Source: a virus
Length of the DNA stretch: 24,751 nucleotides
Virus record (IMG/VR): IMGVR_UViG_3300043775_000777
Location: 90,683 to 115,433 of that record
Direction: 5' to 3' (one strand)
Positions 16,528 through 24,751 of the stretch are shown here, one piece after another (position 1 is the first letter of the stretch; each line of letters starts with the position of its first letter). The notes beneath the pieces are model-generated. The model was given only the letters and a program-made list of their open reading frames with translations, was not told where the DNA came from and did not search any database. The position numbers and the translations under genes were made by a program.

Positions 16528-19500
16528 ATGGCAAAAGAAATGCAAAATAGTGCTCAGATAATAAACCGTAGTTTTACAAAAGGTCTTAACAAAGATGCAG
16601 ATCCATCCTTTGTTCAAGAAGGTATGTGGACTCATGCCCGCAATGTTGTAAATAATACAGAAGAAGGTAACTTAGGTACATTATCAAATGAAGATGCAAA
16701 TACATTATGTATTACAGCAGGAGCAACTATGCCGGCTAATGCATTAAAGAAATATATTATAGGAGCTATACAATTGTTTTCAGACAAATGGATAATCTAT
16801 ACAGCTGGTCATAATTCTAAAGGAATTTCTGTTAGTTCTGAGATAGGTTTATTTGAAGCTGATACTTGTACATATAGACCTATAGTTCAAGATGCTTGTT
16901 TAAATTTTGATAAGAGATATCTTATATCTGGATCAGCTAGAGAAAAAGAAGATTGTACTTGGCAAGTATATTGGGCTGATGGAAATAATCCAGATAGATT
17001 TTTAAATGTAGGTGATCCACAAACATGGCCAAAACCACCACTTGTATGGGCAGGTCAAGCTAATATAAATTATTATGTAGATGGCACAAGTCAAGTTCTT
17101 TGGCCTGGAGTTGCATGGAAAGAAAAAGAAAGAGTTGTTAATGAGTGTGTGTTTGTAAGTTATTTACCTAATCTAAATTGTGATAAAATTAGATTAGCAA
17201 GGTTAATGGAAACACCTTGTCTTAAAGTTACTCTTGGTAATCAAGGAGGTACATTAAGAAATGGAACATACTTTGCAACTATAGCATATAGTATAAAAGG
17301 ACAAAGGGTAACAGATTACTTTTCACAAAGTAATAATCAACCTATTTGGTTCCCAAATGATTTGCAAGGATCACTTATTATAGATGTAGAAGCAGACAGT
17401 GTAAACTTTGATGAATTTATATTAGTAGTAGTACAGAATATAAACCAAGGAACTGTTGCTAAACAGATTGGTACTTATTCTACTAGAACTACTAGAATTG
17501 CATTAGATCAAATTAAAGAAGATCTTATATCAGTTCCCTTACAGTTTTTACCTTTACAGACTCCTGTATTTGAAAAATCAGATCAGATTGCAGATGTAAA
17601 TAATTATTTGCTTAGAGTAGGTCCTACATCTAAGTTTGATTTTAACTATCAACCATTAGCTAATCTTATTCAAGCTAAGTGGGCTTCAGTAGAATATCCA
17701 GCTGAGTATTATGTTAAAGGTGGAAATAAAGGTAGTTACTTAAGAGATGAAGTATACTGTTTCTTTATCCGTTGGGTATATGATACAGGAGATAAATCTG
17801 CATCATATCATATTCCGGGTAGAGCTCCAAGAAATTATCCAAACCCTAACAGCCCTACATATGAATACTCAGATGATAATGGTATAAACTCATTAACAGC
17901 TGATGATAAAATATTTGAAGTATATAATACATCTACCGTTGATCCTATAATTGGTAATCCTGTTGTAGGTACAATAACAGATGATGGCGGACAAGTTATT
18001 GCTGTAGGGGATATGGCTTATTGGCAATCAACTGAAACATATCCAGATGATAGACCTGATATATATAATGCAAGTTATCATTGTTGGACAGGTGTATTTA
18101 ATAATCCAAATCTATCTTGGGATTTATGCGGTACTGCAATAAGACATCATAAGTTTCCGGATAACATGACGGATACTTCACCTAATGCTGTAACTAATCA
18201 CTTCAAACCAAATCCTCCATATACCCCTAATCCTTTAAAAATAAGATTAATGGGTCTATACTTTGAAAACATAACTTATCCAAAAGATAATGAAGGTAAT
18301 GATATACCGGGAATAGTAGGTTATGAAATCTTAAGAGGGTCAAGAGAAGGCAACAGATCTATTATTGCAAAAGGTATGTTAAATAACTTTAGAACATATC
18401 AAATAAGAGGACAAGTTGTAAATAATGCAGCACCTACAGTTGGACTGTATGCAAACTATCCTTTTAACACAATCAATGGGTTTTATAATACAGGAACTGG
18501 TAATGATCACAATAGACCTTTTATGGATCCATTTATTAGAATCAATGATCCTAATATTACTAATCCAAAGTATAATGATAATGTAGAAGATCAAAGAGTA
18601 CCTAGAGATATTGTATCTTTTCATTCACCAGATACAATGTTTAATACTCCTTTCTTATCTACAACTGAATTAAAGCTTTATGGATACTTAAGAGGTACAA
18701 GTAATCAGAAATTTATTGAACCAAATAAACATCCACAGTTTAAACTTATAAGTGACTTGTGTTTATACCCAATGTTTCTTACAGGTTTAATAGAAGCTAT
18801 AATATCATTTAGAGGTAAGATAGATATTACTTCTGCTGAATATACTACTCCAGGTTTAGGAGGAGATGCTTCTTTTGCTGCTCAAGCTGTTGCCGCAAGT
18901 GTTGCAAATGCAGCATATACGACAAGCCCCTACTTTTTACCTCCTAACCCTATACCATCTCTAGGTTATAATAATGCTTTAACAAACTATTTTACATCTG
19001 GTGGTGCTTTATTTGATGCTTTGAGTATGGCATTTGCAGGAACTACTCCTAATTTAACTATACTTGATACAACACTTGAAGGTTATATGGCACCTGCTAT
19101 TGCTGCAGGTGGAGTGGCTGCTTCAGGAAGTAGATACAATTATACACTTCCAGATTGGGCATATCTAGATCCTATCAGTAGAGCATTAGGGGCTACTAAT
19201 CAATTATTGTTTTATTTTAGTGAAGGAGCAAGAGCAACACAGGCTCTCTTATTGGCTATCATTCCTTATGAACAATTTGCTTTACAAATGCTTGCTCATG
19301 GTCTTTATGATGACATGAGACCTAATAACTCAGCAAACGGTTTATATAGATTTAAAATTGATGACAGAACTTATCTAAGAGGTAACATACAACAACTACC
19401 GTCTTATTATCAATATGGAGCTGGTGGTGCAGGAACAGGTGCTCCACAAAGTTATAGTATAAATAATTTAAACAGATCTGACACAGTTGTAATAAGAACA

Positions 19501-22074
19501 ATAGCTGGACCTAATTTTACACCACCTCCACTTACAAGAGCAGTTGGTCCAAATTATATCACAGAACCAACCGGAGTTCAGTATGTGGATCAATCTTTAA
19601 CAACACTTGGACATATAGTACAAAACGGATTAGTTAATTCTAGCACCTTAAATAATTATACACCTACTGGTAATGAAGCTCCTAATTTTGATAATATTGA
19701 TAATGAGTTTGGTGCCCCAATTGCTAGTCATTATGCAGGTATAAAAGTTAGAATAAGAAATCAATATGGGCAATTACAGTCTGTAAAACAAATTGTAATC
19801 ACTCCTTGTGAACAAAAATTCAAATATGATGATTTAAGTGATGCAGTAGGAAGAACAACAAATTGCAACAAATGTAATGTTGATACTAAACTTAAAGTAA
19901 TCAATACAACTCCTGTATTTTTTGGAGGAGATACTTTTGTAAACAGATACACTGAAAAGAATACAATGTTCTATTTCTATGATTGGTTGTATGGTCAACC
20001 TGATGGATTTGAATATAATTATCTGTTACATCAAATGATTCCTCAACCGAGATTTTGGGCTAACTCTAAACAATATGATGTATCAGAATTAGCACCTACA
20101 AACTGGTTTAGTTTACCTGCTCCGGGAACAGGTCCATTACCAAGTAGATTTTATAGATTAGATTATGACAAGTATGATTATGTTAATGAACCTAATCAAG
20201 TAAACTATCCGGGATTATTTAGACCAAAAGATTCTAGATTTTATCTAGCATGTTCTTCTGTAAGAGATTTCTTTGTAGAGTCAGATGTACTAGTAGATTT
20301 TAGAATAGCTGGTGACTATGAGTGGGAAAAAAATTATAACCCATACAACTATACAGATCTGTTCAGAATGTTTGATATGGATCCTCAAAATATAACTAGA
20401 GGTAACTGGTATAGATATGATTACTCATTAAGCATAAGCAAACTATATAATCAATACTTTTCATCAGGTGCACTACAAAACACATACTATGATCCTAAAG
20501 TAGCTAAGCTATGTTTTACATATCTTCCGGATAGAATCTATTACTCATTACAACAACAGGATGAATCATATAAGGACAGCTGGTTTATATTCCTACCTAA
20601 TAACTATAGAGAGTTTAAGTCTCAGATATCAGGAGTGAAGTCTATAAACAAGTCAGGTATCTTTATTACATTTAAGAATGATAGTCCTCAGATGTTCCAA
20701 GGTGTTGATACACTTAACACAGATCTAGGTACTAAGATTACTATAGGTGACGGAGGTTTATTTAGTCAACCTGGTCAAGCTGTAACTAATGCAGATAAAC
20801 CATATGAGTATGGTTCATCTCAAAATAGATTAGCTGTAATATCAACTCCTGCAGGATTATTTTTTGTATCTCAAAACCAAGGTAAGATATTTAATTATGG
20901 TGAAGGTTTAAAAGAGATATCACAGATTGGATTGAAATGGTGGTTTGCAATGTTTTTAAAATACAAACTAACACAGCATTTTCCTGAATATGCATGGCAA
21001 GATAATCCAGTAGCAGGTATTGGTATTCAAGCAGTATATGATAATGAAAACTCACTACTTTACTTCTGTAAAAAAGATTATGACTTAAGACCAGAATTAG
21101 ACGGTAGAGTTGATTATGTACCGTTAGTAAAAGAATGTTACATTAATTCAGACGGAATAGCTGTTGAAAAAGGAACAGGTGATTACTTTACTTTAGACGG
21201 TAAAGGTATATACATGATTGGTGACCCAAGGTTATTTATACCTGCATCATGGACTGTAAGTTATGATCCTAAGAATGAGTTCTGGATATCATATCATGAC
21301 TGGCATCCGGACTTAGTTATTCCTGCAAAAACTGTATTCTTTACTACTAAAGAAAATACAGTATGGAGACATAACTTTAACTGTCAAGAGTATTGTAATT
21401 ACTATGGAGTCAACTATCCATTTGAAATAGAGTTTCCAATTATTACAGGACAGACAACAACAATTATAAAATCATTTGAATATATTCTTGAGAGTTATAC
21501 TAAAGCAGATAATTGTGTAGATCAGTTCCATGTACTAGATCATAACTTTGATAATGCTGTGGTTTATAACTCAGAACAAGTTTCAGGATATCTTAACTTA
21601 AATATATTCCCTAAGAACAATGTAACATTAAGTTTAGACTATCCTAAGTTTAATCAGAACATTCCAATGATATTTACAAATCCTGTAAACAATCAAGCTC
21701 AATTACTTAATACTCCTGGATTTGATATATTGTTTTCAAAAGAAGAAAACAAATACAGATTTAATCAGTTCTGGGATATAACTAAAGATAGAGGAGAGTT
21801 TCCTATTGGTGCCGGTTATCCTCCATCAGGACCGCTTGTACCAGGAACAACACAATTGCTTGGTAACTATACCCAACAATTTATATGGGATACAAATCCA
21901 GATGGTTATACAAGAAATCTAAACTTTAATAATTTAGACTTTACAAAACCTCTATTGCAAAGAAAGAAGTTTAGGCACTATACAAATTTCCTAGCATTAA
22001 GAAAAGAAGTATCAGGAAATATAAACATGATTCTTAAACTTGTAGATAGTAAAAATCAATATTCACCAAGGTAA
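16528..22074 (+). CDS. Tail stabilisation / muzzle protein (crAss-like, P22 gp10-like)
   Basis: 1848 aa. N-terminal FTKGLNKD...ARN, VYWADGNNPDRFLN, YLRDEVYCFFIRW, FGGDTFVNR, YGSSQNR and WTVSYDP...WISYHDW motifs fit crAss-like muzzle proteins. Confidence 0.75.
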   Translation: MAKEMQNSAQIINRSFTKGLNKDADPSFVQEGMWTHARNVVNNTEEGNLGTLSNEDANTLCITAGATMPANALKKYIIGAIQLFSDKWIIYTAGHNSKGISVSSEIGLFEADTCTYRPIVQDACLNFDKRYLISGSAREKEDCTWQVYWADGNNPDRFLNVGDPQTWPKPPLVWAGQANINYYVDGTSQVLWPGVAWKEKERVVNECVFVSYLPNLNCDKIRLARLMETPCLKVTLGNQGGTLRNGTYFATIAYSIKGQRVTDYFSQSNNQPIWFPNDLQGSLIIDVEADSVNFDEFILVVVQNINQGTVAKQIGTYSTRTTRIALDQIKEDLISVPLQFLPLQTPVFEKSDQIADVNNYLLRVGPTSKFDFNYQPLANLIQAKWASVEYPAEYYVKGGNKGSYLRDEVYCFFIRWVYDTGDKSASYHIPGRAPRNYPNPNSPTYEYSDDNGINSLTADDKIFEVYNTSTVDPIIGNPVVGTITDDGGQVIAVGDMAYWQSTETYPDDRPDIYNASYHCWTGVFNNPNLSWDLCGTAIRHHKFPDNMTDTSPNAVTNHFKPNPPYTPNPLKIRLMGLYFENITYPKDNEGNDIPGIVGYEILRGSREGNRSIIAKGMLNNFRTYQIRGQVVNNAAPTVGLYANYPFNTINGFYNTGTGNDHNRPFMDPFIRINDPNITNPKYNDNVEDQRVPRDIVSFHSPDTMFNTPFLSTTELKLYGYLRGTSNQKFIEPNKHPQFKLISDLCLYPMFLTGLIEAIISFRGKIDITSAEYTTPGLGGDASFAAQAVAASVANAAYTTSPYFLPPNPIPSLGYNNALTNYFTSGGALFDALSMAFAGTTPNLTILDTTLEGYMAPAIAAGGVAASGSRYNYTLPDWAYLDPISRALGATNQLLFYFSEGARATQALLLAIIPYEQFALQMLAHGLYDDMRPNNSANGLYRFKIDDRTYLRGNIQQLPSYYQYGAGGAGTGAPQSYSINNLNRSDTVVIRTIAGPNFTPPPLTRAVGPNYITEPTGVQYVDQSLTTLGHIVQNGLVNSSTLNNYTPTGNEAPNFDNIDNEFGAPIASHYAGIKVRIRNQYGQLQSVKQIVITPCEQKFKYDDLSDAVGRTTNCNKCNVDTKLKVINTTPVFFGGDTFVNRYTEKNTMFYFYDWLYGQPDGFEYNYLLHQMIPQPRFWANSKQYDVSELAPTNWFSLPAPGTGPLPSRFYRLDYDKYDYVNEPNQVNYPGLFRPKDSRFYLACSSVRDFFVESDVLVDFRIAGDYEWEKNYNPYNYTDLFRMFDMDPQNITRGNWYRYDYSLSISKLYNQYFSSGALQNTYYDPKVAKLCFTYLPDRIYYSLQQQDESYKDSWFIFLPNNYREFKSQISGVKSINKSGIFITFKNDSPQMFQGVDTLNTDLGTKITIGDGGLFSQPGQAVTNADKPYEYGSSQNRLAVISTPAGLFFVSQNQGKIFNYGEGLKEISQIGLKWWFAMFLKYKLTQHFPEYAWQDNPVAGIGIQAVYDNENSLLYFCKKDYDLRPELDGRVDYVPLVKECYINSDGIAVEKGTGDYFTLDGKGIYMIGDPRLFIPASWTVSYDPKNEFWISYHDWHPDLVIPAKTVFFTTKENTVWRHNFNCQEYCNYYGVNYPFEIEFPIITGQTTTIIKSFEYILESYTKADNCVDQFHVLDHNFDNAVVYNSEQVSGYLNLNIFPKNNVTLSLDYPKFNQNIPMIFTNPVNNQAQLLNTPGFDILFSKEENKYRFNQFWDITKDRGEFPIGAGYPPSGPLVPGTTQLLGNYTQQFIWDTNPDGYTRNLNFNNLDFTKPLLQRKKFRHYTNFLALRKEVSGNINMILKLVDSKNQYSPR

Positions 22075-24751
22075 TGGGCAATAGCAGAGTACTACAAAAA
22101 GCAACTAAGGAGCTTACTAAAGCCAAAGCTCCTGCAAAATCACGGGATATAATTTATGATCCTGCAGGACAGTGGAAGTTTCCTGGTTTAGAAACCAAAG
22201 TTCCGACTCCAGATGGATCAATAACTATGAATGGAGTACCTTTCCCTGTATATGGTGTAGACAATACAGGGTTTGCTCAAATAATGTATCCAGATAATGA
22301 CTATCAGTTTCGTGGAGATGTGGTTCATGAATATCCACAGATGAAAAAAGGTGGTAGACCTAAAGGATTAATTCCTATGCCTAAACCTAGTAAGAAAGGT
22401 TTAGCATCTAAAGCATACTCTAGAAGTTTAGATGCTACTAACAAACTATTTACTGAGAATGCTTTATTTAAAAAACCAAAAGATAAAAGAAGAAAAGTCT
22501 TTGATCCTAATGCTAAGTATTATGCGGAAGGTGGATCTGCAGGATGCCCTAAAGGATTTTACTACAATGGAAAAAAATGTGTTAAACTTCCTAAAAATGT
22601 TTTTATTACGTCTGATCCAGATGAATATAAACAAAGAATACAAGCTTATAGAGATAGTTCTATAACACACCAAAATGTTAATAAATATAATAGAGCTCTT
22701 CAAAATGTAATAAAAGGAGCATTAGCTACAGGAAGTAGTAATGTTCATGATCCATATTATATAACAGGTTTAACAACTAGTTATGGATTTTCATCTGAAG
22801 ATGCTGCTAAAAAACATACTCGTAAAACAGAAGCACAAGCTAACAAATTAAAAACTAGATTATTTGAAAATATCATTGATAACAGTGGTTACTATACTCC
22901 TCAAACTGGAAGAGAAATAGCACTTCATGACCATCATCCTCCAGTAAAAGGTAAAAGTGGATTTATTAATAGTATAGATAATGATTATCAATATTATAAA
23001 TTTCCAGCTCCTAAACAACCAGTAGTATTTGCAAAAGAATATCCTAAAGAGGAAGTTAAAAAACAATTACCTAAAAAAACATTACCTAAAAAAACATTAC
23101 CAAATAAAGAAGAACCTGTATATGAAGATATGCCGGAAGTTGGTAGATTACCAATTAAACAAGCTCTTATAGATCAACCTAAAGGAACAATAATAACTCA
23201 AACAAATACTACACCTGAAGAAGTTGTTGAAAAAACTGATGTTGAATATACACCAGAATATAGTGAAGAAGGTGGTCCAGATTCAGTAGGGTATCATTAT
23301 AAGGATAAACAAAAAAGATATATAGATTGGAATGGTAGAGCTGTAGGATATAGACCTTTAAAGTTTAGGAAGCCTGGACATAGTGGAGAGTTAATTAAAC
23401 TCGGAGGTAAAAAGTATTTTTATTTGCCTACCATAGAAAGTAGGACAGAAGACTGGTTTGTACCTGATAATGATAATGAAGAAGAATATCAAGATGGTGG
23501 AGAATATGGTATGCCTTTAGGTACGGGAGTATCTCAGAACTTTATCGGTAACAGAGATGAGTTTAAAGTAGGTGGTATACCTGAATTACCATTAAGAGAT
23601 AACCAAGTTAACTATGATGCATATGTAAATAGGTTTGAACCTAAGACAAGGTTATATGAGGATGGTGGTTATATTGTAGAAGACATTTCTATACCTTCAT
23701 TAAATCAATATGATAAAGGTGGTAGATTCAAAAGAAGAAAAAAGAAACAAGAAGAACAAGTACAACCTGAATATGTTGAGCCAGTAAAAGTTGATGATGA
23801 AATGTATGAGTCAGTAACTCCATACACTCAAGCACCTGAAGATTTCAAAAAAGGTGTAGGTAATATTAAAGAGGTTGAGAAAAAAGCACAAGCTCCGGAC
23901 TGGTTAAACTTTTCTAGAGAGTATGAAAAGAAAAACTCTAAACAAGCATTTATTGATGAAAAGAAAAGAGAATACCTCAAAAGTACTAATCAAGGATTGA
24001 TAAAACAAGCTGGATATAATATGGAGAACTTTCCTCCGGATGTAGAAAGAAGATTCAGAGAAGCATATGATTATAAAAAAAATAGCTTTATAGTTAAAAA
24101 GCTTGGTAAGAAAGAAAAGTTTTCTCCAAACAGAAGAGGAGAATGGGTTGATGAGTTAAGTGACAAAGAAAAAGAAATTGTAGCTAACTCTAAATATGAA
24201 AGTAAACTACAACCTGGCTTATGGGATAGAACTCTTGCTGGATTAACAACATTAGCAACAAATCAACATTTAACTCCTCTCTTAGCACCAATTGCAAATA
24301 AAGTTATGAATGAAGGTATGTTACCTGGATTAACTAAGAAAGAGCAAAGAGAAATCAAAGATTCTAAAATTACTAAGGTTCCTTTTACAGATATAGACTT
24401 ACCATTTGGTATTCCAGTTGGCGGTTTAGACGCTTTAGCAGGATTTGATTTACCTGGTGTTATTGCAGCTAATGCATTAGAAGCATCAGGTAGCGGAGGT
24501 TATGGAGCAGGATATAGAGAAAGCCCTGGTGCATTATCAGCAGAACCTATGGCTAATGTGCAACCTAAACACATAGCTGCATTAAATTTAATTAATTATA
24601 CAGCACCATATGATATAGCTGCTATAGCTCCATCTATAATAAGAGGACTTGGTAGTACAGCTAGAACAATCGGTAGTGTAGCAAAAACAACAGGTAAAGT
24701 TCTTACAGAAGCAACACCTTTAAGAAATGCATACAAATATAATCCAAGGGC
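22074..24751 (+). CDS. Large cargo/ejection-like protein, 3'-truncated (missing from the ORF track)
   Basis: ATG overlaps the muzzle stop (TAATG). Manual translation is open to the window end (>890 aa): MGNSRVLQKATKEL...DPAGQWKFPG...ITMNGVPFPVYG...EYPQMKKGG.... Position after the muzzle gene matches crAss-like cargo genes. Confidence 0.8.
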   Translation, partial: MGNSRVLQKATKELTKAKAPAKSRDIIYDPAGQWKFPGLETKVPTPDGSITMNGVPFPVYGVDNTGFAQIMYPDNDYQFRGDVVHEYPQMKKGGRPKGLIPMPKPSKKGLASKAYSRSLDATNKLFTENALFKKPKDKRRKVFDPNAKYYAEGGSAGCPKGFYYNGKKCVKLPKNVFITSDPDEYKQRIQAYRDSSITHQNVNKYNRALQNVIKGALATGSSNVHDPYYITGLTTSYGFSSEDAAKKHTRKTEAQANKLKTRLFENIIDNSGYYTPQTGREIALHDHHPPVKGKSGFINSIDNDYQYYKFPAPKQPVVFAKEYPKEEVKKQLPKKTLPKKTLPNKEEPVYEDMPEVGRLPIKQALIDQPKGTIITQTNTTPEEVVEKTDVEYTPEYSEEGGPDSVGYHYKDKQKRYIDWNGRAVGYRPLKFRKPGHSGELIKLGGKKYFYLPTIESRTEDWFVPDNDNEEEYQDGGEYGMPLGTGVSQNFIGNRDEFKVGGIPELPLRDNQVNYDAYVNRFEPKTRLYEDGGYIVEDISIPSLNQYDKGGRFKRRKKKQEEQVQPEYVEPVKVDDEMYESVTPYTQAPEDFKKGVGNIKEVEKKAQAPDWLNFSREYEKKNSKQAFIDEKKREYLKSTNQGLIKQAGYNMENFPPDVERRFREAYDYKKNSFIVKKLGKKEKFSPNRRGEWVDELSDKEKEIVANSKYESKLQPGLWDRTLAGLTTLATNQHLTPLLAPIANKVMNEGMLPGLTKKEQREIKDSKITKVPFTDIDLPFGIPVGGLDALAGFDLPGVIAANALEASGSGGYGAGYRESPGALSAEPMANVQPKHIAALNLINYTAPYDIAAIAPSIIRGLGSTARTIGSVAKTTGKVLTEATPLRNAYKYNPR
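23067..23101 (+). repeat. 15-bp in-frame tandem repeat (LPKKT x2 plus partial)
   Basis: ttacctaaaaaaaca twice, followed by ttacc. Confidence 0.8.

Noticed and set aside
1-24751. Stop-codon reassignment, known in some crAss-like phages
   Set aside because: Genes are full length and tightly packed under code 11. Stops are TAA except one TGA in an ATGA overlap (14829). No TAG stop is used, so TAG recoding elsewhere in the genome is not excluded, but nothing here supports it.
1-24751. CRISPR arrays, tRNA/rRNA genes, introns/inteins, DGR template repeats, transposases
   Set aside because: Intergenic gaps are all short (about 120 nt or less), and I saw no spaced direct repeats, cloverleafs, long near-duplicate segments or relevant protein motifs. 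An intein in the muzzle gene cannot be rigorously excluded by eye.

Overview
AT-rich, gene-dense phage DNA with all credible genes on the + strand. Gene order and recognisable motifs fit the virion-morphogenesis module of a crAss-like (Crassvirales-related) phage, probably infecting a Bacteroidota host. Order: 3' end of the major capsid gene; the conserved gene following it; a ~3.9 kb block of seven Lys-rich, histone-H1-like ORFs; a ring/adaptor protein; a Dps/ferritin-like protein; a probable auxiliary capsid protein; several very Cys-rich hub/fibre proteins, one with an SprB-like repeat; an IHF/HU-like protein; two ring/tail-tube proteins; a 1848-aa muzzle/tail-stabilisation protein; and a large cargo-like ORF (22074 to the window end) that the ORF track missed. 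Most striking observations: (1) a [MYFA]-[KQADE]-x-G-G pentapeptide recurring in the basic proteins and the cargo protein, a candidate packaging or cleavage tag; (2) a bipartite promoter (C/T)TTG-N20-TATATTA repeated three times with identical spacing; (3) an intergenic hairpin whose loop is the reverse complement of two gene leaders; (4) pervasive Cys-rich modules next to a ferritin-like gene. All family assignments come from recalled motifs and synteny, not database searches.
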